Below are positions 8,288 through 17,346 of a stretch of DNA of 48,054 nt, piece by piece. Each line of letters begins with the position of its first letter. Within the stretch, counting starts at the first letter, position 1. The translations under genes and the position numbers were made by a program. Under the pieces are notes generated by a model. That model did not search any database. It was not told the origin of the DNA and was given only the letters and a program-made list of their open reading frames with translations. The stretch covers positions 1 through 48,054 of IMG/VR virus record IMGVR_UViG_3300031953_000029; one strand, 5' to 3'. The DNA comes from a virus. Lineage: Duplodnaviria > Caudoviricetes.

Positions 8288-8525
8288 TCTCCTCAGCCAA
8301 ATCGTAAAACGTACCGTCCCATTGTTCCCCGTTCTGTGGGTGGTTCTCGTGTCGGGTCATTAGGATTTTGGCGCACCGTTCGCGCTCGGCTAGGATAGCT
8401 CGGGCCATACCAAGGTGCTGGACCATTGAGAACGGGCTGATTTCGTACTGCTTGCGAACTAGGGGGTGAAGCGCCTCAAACGCGGTGTCCCATATATCCT
8501 GCGGAATGTCCTCTGGTCTAGTCAC
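8238..8525 (-). CDS. Hypothetical protein (RP..P.D.W...AERERC family)
   Basis: MTRPEDIPQDIW...AILAERERCAKI; coupled operon. Confidence 0.65.
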   Translation of the reverse strand: MTRPEDIPQDIWDTAFEALHPLVRKQYEISPFSMVQHLGMARAILAERERCAKILMTRHENHPQNGEQWDGTFYDLAEEIMGQFPRAVARPRATY

Positions 8526-8704
8526 ACCTTCACCCTATAGCGCACAATATCACGCCCCTTGTCCGCCCACTTCCATTCCTTCCGATCCCACAGGTTATTG
8601 ACCCGTTCGATCCCTATTGATCCGTCCTCGCGCTCAAACTCCACCAACTCTTCCGGGTGGGCGTGTTCGGGCCAAGACTCGCCGTCGTGTTCATGCCACA
8701 TCAC
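8522..8704 (-). CDS. Micro-domain paralog 2
   Basis: WHEHDG..WP...VEFE..DG...DIVRYR. Confidence 0.65.
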   Translation of the reverse strand: MMWHEHDGESWPEHAHPEELVEFEREDGSIGIERVNNLWDRKEWKWADKGRDIVRYRVKV

Positions 8705-8880
8705 AGCCCCAACTCCTTAGCGATAGCGCACCGTAGCACATGCTCAATGCTGTTATAGTCTCGCCCCAACTGATCGAGGTAATATGTCCCGTGGCTATCC
8801 CACCCGCCATGATCGGAACTTGACGAGCGTTTACGATACCACTGTTCGTGGGTCGTGATTGGTCCGAGTGGGGCAGTCAT
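8701..8880 (-). CDS. Small hypothetical protein (59 aa, not in ORF track)
   Basis: MTAPLGPITTHEQWY...AIAKELGL; start and stop overlap both neighbours. Confidence 0.6.
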   Translation of the reverse strand: MTAPLGPITTHEQWYRKRSSSSDHGGWDSHGTYYLDQLGRDYNSIEHVLRCAIAKELGL

Positions 8881-9077
8881 TTCGTCACCACACGATAATG
8901 AGTGATGTCCAGAGGGTAAACCGGATCATCATGAACCCAATTAGATTGCCAGAATTCCACCGTTGCTCCCCATTCGCCTTTATCGGTGATCCCGTTTGCA
9001 AACTTGACTTCGACTCGCGTATCCATTGGCAAGTCCGGGTAGCGTTTGCCATGGTGTTCGATCCATTCTTCAGTCAT
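8877..9077 (-). CDS. Micro-domain paralog 3
   Basis: WIEHHG..YP...TRVEVKFANG...DITHYR; AGGAG SD. Confidence 0.7.
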   Translation of the reverse strand: MTEEWIEHHGKRYPDLPMDTRVEVKFANGITDKGEWGATVEFWQSNWVHDDPVYPLDITHYRVVTK

Positions 9078-9093
9078 GTCCGTCTCCTGTACC

Positions 9094-9140
9094 TGACCCA
9101 CCTGTCATAACTTGCTACAGAGACCATTGTCAACTATTAT
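9094..9140. promoter_or_regulatory. Overlapping opposed promoters with operator
   Basis: Operator 9094-9107; leftward TTGACA 9133-9128; rightward TTGCTA-N17-TATTAT 9112-9140. Confidence 0.65.
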
Positions 9141-9180
9141 CCGTAGCCATGTTCAACTTTCATCACTGGACCCACTAACC

Positions 9181-9912
9181 ATGGCCTCGGCTAACACGAT
9201 CAAATTTGGGGAGCAGGCTCTCCTCGTTGGCGACGGGGCTACCCCCGAAGTCTTTTCGTCCCCGTGCGGCATTACCAGCCTCACCAAGTCCACCTCGACC
9301 AACACGTCTGACATTGACATTCCGGATTGCGACGACCCCGATCTGGTAATCTGGCTCGGCATTGACGAAGTGTCCAAGCGGATGACGCTGACCTTCTCGG
9401 GCACTATCGCCCAGCAGTCCCTCGCCCTATGGCAGGAATGGGAACTCGACGGCGGTCTCCGCAACGTGCGTTGGCTCCGCAACCTGACCAATCTTGACCT
9501 ACGCGGCTATCTGGAAGGCCCAGCCCTGCTGACCGAGTTTGAAGAAACCTCCGAGGCACGCGGGCGCTATACCTTTACTGGCACGATCATCTTTGATGGC
9601 AAGCCTGTCTGGGTCCCACTGCCCGCAGCGCCCGCTAACTCCGTTGCCCCGACTTTCACCGGTACTCTGACCAGTGGTCAGGTCCTCACGACCGTTACGG
9701 GCACGTGGACCGGCACCCCGACCTTTACGTACCAGTGGGAACGTTCGCCCAATGGCGCGGGCAGCTGGACGGAAATTTCCGCAGCAACTGCCGCAACCTA
9801 TACCGCTGGCGCGCCTGACGTAGGTAACTTCCTGCGCGTTCGGGTCTCTGGAACCAATGCAGGCGGCACTACCAATGTGTATAGCGCCAGCCGTGGCCCG
9901 GTTACTGCCTGA
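9181..9912 (+). CDS. Major tail tube protein with C-terminal Ig-like domain
   Basis: GDGATPEVF..PCG and IPDCDDP motifs typical of GTA-like tail tubes; G.VLT...GTW.....TYQW C-terminal domain. Confidence 0.85.
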   Translation: MASANTIKFGEQALLVGDGATPEVFSSPCGITSLTKSTSTNTSDIDIPDCDDPDLVIWLGIDEVSKRMTLTFSGTIAQQSLALWQEWELDGGLRNVRWLRNLTNLDLRGYLEGPALLTEFEETSEARGRYTFTGTIIFDGKPVWVPLPAAPANSVAPTFTGTLTSGQVLTTVTGTWTGTPTFTYQWERSPNGAGSWTEISAATAATYTAGAPDVGNFLRVRVSGTNAGGTTNVYSASRGPVTA

Positions 9913-10310
9913 TGCGGTTGTCCGCTGAGGTTGAACTAGCATGGGGGCCGGGGGTTTATACCTTCGGCCTCAAGGCTAAACAGATCGAGGAATTGGAACG
10001 TGTCTGCAAAGAGGGGATCGGGCGTATCTGTATGCGCGCGTTTTCCGGTGTGGACTACTCCTACGCAATGCTGCGAGAGACGATCCGGCTGGGCCTTATT
10101 GGTGGTGGTTTACCACCTGTGGAGGCTTCCGAACTGGTCAAGACTTACGTTGACGGACAGCCAATTGACCCTCAGGCCGACCCGTCCAGCACGCTCAAGA
10201 CCGCAACCGCGATCCTTAAGGCAGTGCATTTTGGCTGGGAGGAATTGCCAGAAGCTCCCATGGGGGAGCCCTACCCGCCGAAGGGGACGGAAGAACAAAC
10301 TTCGGCCTGA
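9912..10310 (+). CDS. Tail assembly chaperone (GTA gp10-like)
   Basis: ELE..C..GI and RETIRLGLIGGG motifs; between tail tube and tape measure. Confidence 0.8.
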   Translation: MRLSAEVELAWGPGVYTFGLKAKQIEELERVCKEGIGRICMRAFSGVDYSYAMLRETIRLGLIGGGLPPVEASELVKTYVDGQPIDPQADPSSTLKTATAILKAVHFGWEELPEAPMGEPYPPKGTEEQTSA

Positions 10311-10495
10311 TACGTGCCGCGTTCCTTCTACGCAGCATTGACCCCCGCGCATGGGAGACCATGAGCATGTATGAATTAGAAAGCATGTGGCGCAATATGA
10401 ACCCCAAGACCAACGAACCAACCGATCAGGAATGGGAAGAGGGGATGGACCTTCTTGCGGTCGCCGTTGCGGGCATGTCGGACGTGAGGTTGTAG
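10262..10495 (+). CDS. Second tail chaperone segment, probably reached by -1 frameshift
   Basis: The -1 frame is open from G GGG GAG (10262-10268) to TAG at 10495, 1 nt before the tape-measure ATG. Confidence 0.55.
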   Translation, partial: GGALPAEGDGRTNFGLIRAAFLLRSIDPRAWETMSMYELESMWRNMNPKTNEPTDQEWEEGMDLLAVAVAGMSDVRL

Positions 10496-10496
10496 G

Positions 10497-12401
10497 ATGG
10501 CGGTAACGGCAGACGTAGTTGAGGTTCGCCTAGAGGCCAACACTACCCAGTATTTGCGTAACCTGACTACGGCGGGCACGTCCTTTGAGCGCATCATCTC
10601 GAAGATGGAAGCCGAGGCACGCACGTCCGGTCGGGCTTTCACTGCGGTTGGTCTCAATGCTCAGGGCGCTTTCCAACAGGTCGTAGACGGCGCGCAACGT
10701 GCCCAATCTGCCGTTGCTGGAGCTAATCTCCAGGTTGGCAACATTGCCGCGCAGTTCCAGGATATCGGCGTTACTGCTGCCTCGGGTATGAACCCTCTGA
10801 TTATTGCGCTCCAGCAGGGTACGCAGCTATCCGCTATTCTAAACCAGTCTCTCTCCCAAGGCGTGAGCCCCGTTCGTGCCCTTGGGGCAGCATTCGCCCA
10901 GATCGTCAACCCTATCTCCTTAGGGACCATTGCGGTCATTGCTCTTGGCACTGCGGCCATCCAGTATTTCGGCACGTTGATTACTCAGGGGCAGATTTCG
11001 GAGGAAACCCTAAAGAAACAAAACGACCTGATTCGAGACGTTGCGGACCAATGGGGCGATGCGGTCCCCGCGCTGAAGGCGTACGTGGACCAATTGGACC
11101 GTGCGGCCAACGTAGGCGACCTTAACACCGCCACGGATACCGCAATCGCTGCTCAGTACCAAGACCTCATTACCACAGTTGGCAATTTGCGTGCTGAGTT
11201 CGCAGCGGTCCGCATTGACATTCAGCAACTCGGCGGTGACGCTCAGGAGATCGACGCTCTACAGGCCGCGTTTAATGAATTGGAACGCAAGGCTCGTGAG
11301 GGTACAGCTACCGCAGAGGACCTCAATCGTGTCGTCGCACTTATTGGCAATAGTACGGCAGCAAGTGTTCCCGGCGTTGCGAGCTTGTCAGCCACTCTTG
11401 GCGGTCTGGCAACCGCGTTCGCACAAGCTGCGGCACAAGCTGCCGCGTTCGATAAACAGCGGAGAGAGGCTCTCCAACAGGGTCCTTCATTGGACTCCTT
11501 CTCGTCCAACCAAAAGTTTATTGCCGAGCAGCAGCGTATTAACGGCCTGACAGCGGAGCAACTGGCCCTTGAGAATGAAGTTGCCCGGATCAAACGGTCC
11601 GCCGAACGGGACGAAATCCCTATCGGGGATCAACAGGCGCTCGATTTGGCCAAGCAGACACTTGCCGCCGAGGAACGCCGTCGTGAAATAAAGAAAGCCG
11701 ATACGGCGGACAACCGCGCGGGGGCTAAAGCGGCAACCGAGGCCGAACGGGAAGCTGAGGCAGTCGTAAAACTAATCCAGCAACTTCAGCTAGAATACGA
11801 CCTGATTGGCGCGACAAACTCCGAACGCGCCGTAGCGAACGCCCTGCGTACAGCGGGCGCTGCTGCCACGGAGACACAGCGCGATAAAATCGAAGCTCTG
11901 ATAAACGCGACGTATGCGGAAACTGAGGCCATCAAGGCAGCGGACGAGGTTACTAAACTTTGGTCCGATACACTCCAGTCTGCCACACGGGGTTTCATTG
12001 ACGACCTGATCGAGGGTAAGTCGGCAGCAGAGGCGTTCAGTAACGTGCTGTCCAGCATTGCCAATAAGTTGATTGACGTTGGCCTTAACTCGGTGTTCAG
12101 CGGGTTCCCTGGATTTGGTACACCCACCCGTGCCACGGGCGGACCGATCTATTCTGGCGGACCTACCCTCGTTGGCGAGAAGGGGCCCGAGCTATTCGTT
12201 CCGTCTGGCCCCGGCAAGATCGTACCCAACTCGCAGATCGGCGGCGGGGGTTCTGTCGTGTTCGCCCCTAACATTGACGCTCGCGGGGCCGACGTGGCCG
12301 CAGTGGCCCGATTGGAGACGGCGGTGCAGCGCTTGGCAGCTGAGGTCGTACCGACTATACGTAAAGAAATTGCCAGTGGGCCTAAAAAAGGGCGAAGTTA
12401 A
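10497..12401 (+). CDS. Tape measure protein
   Basis: AQFQDIGV..ASG.NP..IA.QQG.Q domain, helical Ala-rich body, C-terminal RA.GG..LVGE.GPELF. Confidence 0.9.
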   Translation: MAVTADVVEVRLEANTTQYLRNLTTAGTSFERIISKMEAEARTSGRAFTAVGLNAQGAFQQVVDGAQRAQSAVAGANLQVGNIAAQFQDIGVTAASGMNPLIIALQQGTQLSAILNQSLSQGVSPVRALGAAFAQIVNPISLGTIAVIALGTAAIQYFGTLITQGQISEETLKKQNDLIRDVADQWGDAVPALKAYVDQLDRAANVGDLNTATDTAIAAQYQDLITTVGNLRAEFAAVRIDIQQLGGDAQEIDALQAAFNELERKAREGTATAEDLNRVVALIGNSTAASVPGVASLSATLGGLATAFAQAAAQAAAFDKQRREALQQGPSLDSFSSNQKFIAEQQRINGLTAEQLALENEVARIKRSAERDEIPIGDQQALDLAKQTLAAEERRREIKKADTADNRAGAKAATEAEREAEAVVKLIQQLQLEYDLIGATNSERAVANALRTAGAAATETQRDKIEALINATYAETEAIKAADEVTKLWSDTLQSATRGFIDDLIEGKSAAEAFSNVLSSIANKLIDVGLNSVFSGFPGFGTPTRATGGPIYSGGPTLVGEKGPELFVPSGPGKIVPNSQIGGGGSVVFAPNIDARGADVAAVARLETAVQRLAAEVVPTIRKEIASGPKKGRS

Positions 12402-12405
12402 TATC

Positions 12406-12984
12406 ATGCAAGATTTCCCCGGTTGGACCGTACAATTCGAGCTTCTGTACCGTCAGGAGCAGTCCCGGCACGCAAGTGGCCGTACGCGCGTCAAGGACTT
12501 TGGCACACCCATCTGGACCGCCTCTTACCAGTCGCGACAGATGCGGCCCAATGAGCTAGACGAGTGGCGCGCGCGTCTGAACCTGCTAGAGAACGGCCTG
12601 AACACCTTCCAAGCTTGGCCCATGTCCCGTTGCTGGCCTATCCGCCACCCGAACGGTGTGGGGGCGGTCAATGGTACTATCGCGGCGGTTGGTCTGGACA
12701 ATAAGTCCCTATCGATCACATGGAACTCAGGCGGACCCACCATTCTATCCGTCGGGGACTATATCAACGTCAATGGCCTGCGTTTGCATCAGGTGACGGA
12801 GCTACGTGGGGCCGGGGTGGTGGGTGTTGCACCTTTCCTGTCTACGGGTATACTTGTTGGCCAAGCGGTAGATGTGAGCCAGCCATCAGTGGCAATGACA
12901 CTTCAGCCGGGGTCTATCAATACCCAAACGGGCCTTAACGGGCGCGGATCGGTGACATTCCAAGCAATCGAGGCACGGGGCTAA
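12406..12984 (+). CDS. Distal tail (Dit-like) protein
   Basis: Follows tape measure; G.P.W.A.Y and WRA.L..L.NG motifs. Confidence 0.7.
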   Translation: MQDFPGWTVQFELLYRQEQSRHASGRTRVKDFGTPIWTASYQSRQMRPNELDEWRARLNLLENGLNTFQAWPMSRCWPIRHPNGVGAVNGTIAAVGLDNKSLSITWNSGGPTILSVGDYINVNGLRLHQVTELRGAGVVGVAPFLSTGILVGQAVDVSQPSVAMTLQPGSINTQTGLNGRGSVTFQAIEARG

Positions 12985-12989
12985 GCAAC

Positions 12990-13220
12990 ATGAACCGACG
13001 TTCCCTATTCAAAGGTCTTTTCGCTACTATTGCTGCGGCCCCTATCGTGGCATTGGTAGGTCGGGGTAAACCCTATCTCAACGGCGAACATGGGCCAGAA
13101 CTGTTCATGGCTAACTACACGCCCATGCCCCTTAGTGCAAGGGGGACGATTCGGTTCCGCATGACGGCGCTGAGTGGGCCGAACGGGTACAGCCGCACTG
13201 CAATTGGGGCACGGGGCTAA
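12990..13220 (+). CDS. Mini-protein with Tat-like signal and tail-protein-derived motifs
   Basis: MNRRSLFK plus hydrophobic stretch; fills the gap between tail genes; TAATG coupling to next gene. Confidence 0.6.
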   Translation: MNRRSLFKGLFATIAAAPIVALVGRGKPYLNGEHGPELFMANYTPMPLSARGTIRFRMTALSGPNGYSRTAIGARG

Positions 13221-13885
13221 TGCGCGCTATTTCCACAGCTAACCAAGCGGCCCTCGCTGCACGTAGGTTGGTCGCACGGGACTTCCTGTCCATCACGGCC
13301 CGTACTAGAACCACGGGTGCCCCTGTGGCACTCAACTTCTGGTCAGACATTGAGAACGTCAGCGCTCTCGTGCTTGACCCCGATACCCTTCTCCCCGTCC
13401 TGCGCAGCTATTATGGCGCGGGCGGTTTGGTGGAGATCAGCGATATCCCAGCCGTATCGGTCATCCAGGTACAGGATGTGAATATCCGCATGAGCCAGTT
13501 GGACGAGTTTGTCCAGCAAGCCGTTCGACTTTATGACGCCAAACAAGGTAGAGTTGAAATCCATAGAGGGCTTTTCGACCCCGAGACCCGAAATCTTGTG
13601 GCCCCTGCTGTCGTGCGGTTCGTCGGGTTCGTCAACGTCGTTGAAATCCACACACCCAAAGAGAACGAGGACGGGTACGTTAATTTGACCTGCGTTAGTC
13701 ATACGCAGGAACTCACCCGTTCAAACCCCGCCACCCGCAGCCACGAAGACCAGAAACTCCGCAGCGCCTCCGATACGTTTTTTGTAGACGCAGCGGTCGT
13801 GAGTGACTGGGACCTCAACTGGGGCGGCATTAAGGCTAGCGTAGGTGGGGGCAATAGCCTCGTAGGTCGTAAGGGACTAGTATGA
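13220..13885 (+). CDS. Minor tail/baseplate hub protein
   Basis: Position after Dit; RS.EDQ..R...D.FF......W...WG C-terminal motif. Confidence 0.7.
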   Translation: MRAISTANQAALAARRLVARDFLSITARTRTTGAPVALNFWSDIENVSALVLDPDTLLPVLRSYYGAGGLVEISDIPAVSVIQVQDVNIRMSQLDEFVQQAVRLYDAKQGRVEIHRGLFDPETRNLVAPAVVRFVGFVNVVEIHTPKENEDGYVNLTCVSHTQELTRSNPATRSHEDQKLRSASDTFFVDAAVVSDWDLNWGGIKASVGGGNSLVGRKGLV

Positions 13886-14295
13886 CAGCCCGCCTCGCTA
13901 CGGCCAATGACGCCCACCGTACGGCCCGTCTGCTCCTCGACTTCCACGAGGCTAGCGGGTTGCCATTCGAGACGAGTGCGGCATGGGCACTGGCACTATT
14001 TCAATCGCACCTTAACAACCCGGATAGTGTCATCATTGTCAAAGATGGGGGCGTGCTGATCGGTGCGGTCGGTCCATCACAACTGGGGCCGTTCAAGATC
14101 GCTCAGGAGATCGCGTGGTGGGTGGACCCCGCGCACCGTGGCGGGTCACTCGATATGCTATCGATGTACGAGGCGTGGGCGCTCACCAATGGCGCTAAAT
14201 TCATTGAGGTCAAGTCCCTGGCCCGCTTCCCTGGAACTGAACGGCTGTACCGCGCTAAAGGGTACGTACAATGCGAGACCAGTTGGATTAAATGA
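13882..14295 (+). CDS. GNAT-family acetyltransferase
   Basis: E.AWWVDP.HRG and LY...GY motifs. Confidence 0.75.
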   Translation: MTARLATANDAHRTARLLLDFHEASGLPFETSAAWALALFQSHLNNPDSVIIVKDGGVLIGAVGPSQLGPFKIAQEIAWWVDPAHRGGSLDMLSMYEAWALTNGAKFIEVKSLARFPGTERLYRAKGYVQCETSWIK

Positions 14296-17200
14296 CATTC
14301 TTTACCTCTATCGCTGTTGCTATCGTCGGTGCCGGTTCCTTCCTTGTGCCAATTGTGGCCGGTGCGCTCCAAGTGGCCGCAGGTATCGCCCTCTCATATG
14401 TGGCTAAGGCTATCGCGGGGCAACCCGAAGGTCCACGTTTTGAAGTCAAGGGTCAGGTTCAGGGCGGGGATGATGTGCCTCGCTCAATCCTGTTTGGCTT
14501 CAATGCCACGGCTGGTTCTATCGTCTATGCGAACACGTGGGGCCAAGCGAACGGGGTGGGCAATGCTTACCTCGTTCAGGTCATTGCCCTAGCGGACTAT
14601 CCGATCCGGGAACTGCTCTCGATTGAGGTCAATGGCATTCCCGATACACTAGGTCCGACTGCACTCGGGAACCGAGGCTTCCCCGTGCTTGGATTCCGTA
14701 AGAACGGCGTAGACCATATGTGGGTCAAGTTCTATGACGGAACGCAGACGACCGCCGACACCTACCTTACCGGCACAGTAGCTAGCGCGGCCCGCCCGTA
14801 TGATACGAACCGTGTGGGCCGTGGCATTCCCTATGCCATCGTTACCTGCATGGCACCCGAGCGCAAGGACGGCGAGCAGCAGCCACTATTTACGAGTGGT
14901 ATCCCGCGTTTCAAGTTCGTCACCAACGGGGCTCGGCTTTACGACCCTAGCCGCGACACCTCGGTCGGCGGGAGCGGCACTCAGCGATACGCCGACCCCT
15001 CCACGTGGGGTGGTGACGGTGACTTCCTGCCAGCGGTTCAGACTTACAACGTCCTCCGGGGCATTCGTTACGCTGGGGGTTGGCTGTACGGCCTACAATC
15101 GCTTCCGGCTACGCGACTTCCGGCTGCCAACTGGATCGAACAGATCAACAAGTGCCGTGCGGGCATTGCTGGCCCCTCTGGCACTGAACCTACGTACCGA
15201 ACGGGTGGTGAATTGGACGTGTCCGCACAGGTTAAGGACGCCCTTGAAGCGTTCCTGACCGGTTGCCAAGGTAAGCTATCTGAGGTCGGTGGTGTCTATA
15301 AAATCCACGTTGGCGAACCCGGCAGTCCGGTTCTTGCCTTCACCGACGGGGATATCCTCTCCACCGAGGAACAGACATTTACGCCATTCTACGGTCTAGA
15401 AGACACCATCAACGGCATTCAAGCTACTTACCCCAACCCTGCTGAAGGGTGGTCTACCAAGACCGCTCCACCGCTGATCCGTACGGACCTAGAAGCGCTT
15501 GACGGAAACCGTCGCCTAATGGCGAGCGTGGCGCTCACCTTCGTGCCTTACACGGGCCAAGTGCAGCGCATCGTCCAATCGGCCCTACGCGAGGCCCAGC
15601 GTGCCCGTAGGCATACCTTTGTCATGGGTCCGGAGTTCTGGGTCCTTGAACCGGGTGATGTGGTCCGCTGGACCAGTACCCGCAACGGATACGAGGAGAA
15701 GCTATTTCGCGTGGACGGCATGGCCGACCGTGGCAATCTGGATGTAATGCTAGACCTGACTGAGGTGGACCCCTCGGATTACAGCTGGAACCAAGACACC
15801 GACTTCCGCCCTGTCATTGATGGCCCGTTGCAGCTAGTCGGCACCCCCGCCCTTCCCGCCATCGGGTGGCAGGTGTACGGCGCGATTGTTCTCGACCAGA
15901 TGGGCCGTGCGCGCCGACCGGGCATTGAGGTTGCTTATCAGCCGGGTTTGCAGGGTGTAAGCCATGTGCGTATTCAGGTGCGTAATGTCGGCGCTACGCT
16001 ACCTTTTATCGACGTACCACCCGTGGCGTATGGCGATCCATGGCGCACGCAAATCGCTGGGGATTGGCCACCTAATACCACCTTCGAGGTTCGAGGCATT
16101 TACGTACTCGTCGGGGGCGGGGACGCAATATGGTCTGATTGGCTCACCGTAACTACCCCCGACGTTAAGTTAACGGCTGGGCTCGACTTCGATCCGTTTG
16201 AAAGTGTGGTTGGGTTCGAACAGCTGGGCGATGATCTTGGTGGGTTTATCAACTGGATCGGACAGAGCCCCCGTGAACTGATCGAGGCGATTCAGGATAC
16301 GAACACCCACGCCGCCGATCAGGAAATGGCCAACAGCGATACATTCCGTCAGGTGCGGACTGAGGTCGCCGTTACGGTGGGTGATGTCGCGGCTTCATTC
16401 CAGCAGACCATAACCGTTGCCATCGTCCCGATCCAAAATGAACTCCAAGCTCTGGCCGACTATTTGACCGAGCTTACGGCGGGTAATGGATCGGATGTGA
16501 GCACGGGCCGTTTCCGTATGACCGTACTGAGCGGGCCGACTGGGTACTCCCGCATTGGCGCTGAGACTCGTGTCGATACGGCGGACCCGTTAGCATGGCG
16601 AGGAGCGGCATGGTATCTAGACACGCCCAATAACTCCGCATTACCCACGAGGTTCCTTGTCAACGCGGATCAGTTCATTGTCGTCAATGGCACAAATACG
16701 GTCAGCCCTTTCATCGTGTCCGGTGGCACCATTCTGGCGAACAATGCGATCATTCGAGAACTTGAAGCATTGAATATCAAAACCCGTTCACTGACGGGCG
16801 ATAGGATGGTTCTGGGTTCCCTAACCTCTGCCGAAATCAACGTCACCCAACTAGTCGCATCTAGCGCGTTCGTTGACAACCTTGTCGTACGATCCGGCAA
16901 CTTCGAAAACCTGTCAGTTGGTCGTAACGCAATCGCCAATGGCGCATTCGCAGACTACTATACCGGGACTACCGGAAGTGGGCTTATTTACTACTCCGAT
17001 CCATTCATACCCGGAAACGAGCCTGTCAATATGTCTGCATCCGCGACAGTGAACATCACCGCAGGTGGTAGCAATCCAGGCGGCACTATCGGCGTTTACT
17101 TGCAAAATGACACTACGAGTGAACTCATTCTGATTGGGAGTACCATTCAGGTGGGAACTTACGTTTATGAGAGAACTTTCCTGAGAAAGCTTGTAAGTGG

Positions 17201-17303
17201 GCAAACCTATCGCGTTCGTTATCAAGCTTTCAATGTGGGAACCACGGGAACATCGTCCATAACGACCACGCCTCTTTTTAGCATTGTAGTCTTTAGAAAA
17301 TAG
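14292..17303 (+). CDS. Tail tip/central host-specificity protein
   Basis: 1003 aa; PR.I.FG, G.RLYDP and LEPGDV motifs; C-terminal RF.V.ADQF region. Confidence 0.85.
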   Translation: MTFFTSIAVAIVGAGSFLVPIVAGALQVAAGIALSYVAKAIAGQPEGPRFEVKGQVQGGDDVPRSILFGFNATAGSIVYANTWGQANGVGNAYLVQVIALADYPIRELLSIEVNGIPDTLGPTALGNRGFPVLGFRKNGVDHMWVKFYDGTQTTADTYLTGTVASAARPYDTNRVGRGIPYAIVTCMAPERKDGEQQPLFTSGIPRFKFVTNGARLYDPSRDTSVGGSGTQRYADPSTWGGDGDFLPAVQTYNVLRGIRYAGGWLYGLQSLPATRLPAANWIEQINKCRAGIAGPSGTEPTYRTGGELDVSAQVKDALEAFLTGCQGKLSEVGGVYKIHVGEPGSPVLAFTDGDILSTEEQTFTPFYGLEDTINGIQATYPNPAEGWSTKTAPPLIRTDLEALDGNRRLMASVALTFVPYTGQVQRIVQSALREAQRARRHTFVMGPEFWVLEPGDVVRWTSTRNGYEEKLFRVDGMADRGNLDVMLDLTEVDPSDYSWNQDTDFRPVIDGPLQLVGTPALPAIGWQVYGAIVLDQMGRARRPGIEVAYQPGLQGVSHVRIQVRNVGATLPFIDVPPVAYGDPWRTQIAGDWPPNTTFEVRGIYVLVGGGDAIWSDWLTVTTPDVKLTAGLDFDPFESVVGFEQLGDDLGGFINWIGQSPRELIEAIQDTNTHAADQEMANSDTFRQVRTEVAVTVGDVAASFQQTITVAIVPIQNELQALADYLTELTAGNGSDVSTGRFRMTVLSGPTGYSRIGAETRVDTADPLAWRGAAWYLDTPNNSALPTRFLVNADQFIVVNGTNTVSPFIVSGGTILANNAIIRELEALNIKTRSLTGDRMVLGSLTSAEINVTQLVASSAFVDNLVVRSGNFENLSVGRNAIANGAFADYYTGTTGSGLIYYSDPFIPGNEPVNMSASATVNITAGGSNPGGTIGVYLQNDTTSELILIGSTIQVGTYVYERTFLRKLVSGQTYRVRYQAFNVGTTGTSSITTTPLFSIVVFRK

Positions 17304-17310
17304 CACCTGG

Positions 17311-17340
17311 TTGACCCCTTAACCCCCTTACGAGTATATT
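17311..17340 (+). promoter_or_regulatory. Leaderless promoter of tail fibre/lysis operon
   Basis: TTGACC-N18-TATATT-N6-ATG(17347). Confidence 0.7.
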
Positions 17341-17346
17341 GATCCC

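Noticed and set aside
13152-16553. Diversity-generating retroelement template/variable repeat pair
   Set aside because: No reverse transcriptase is present, and the differences are mostly synonymous rather than adenine-specific.
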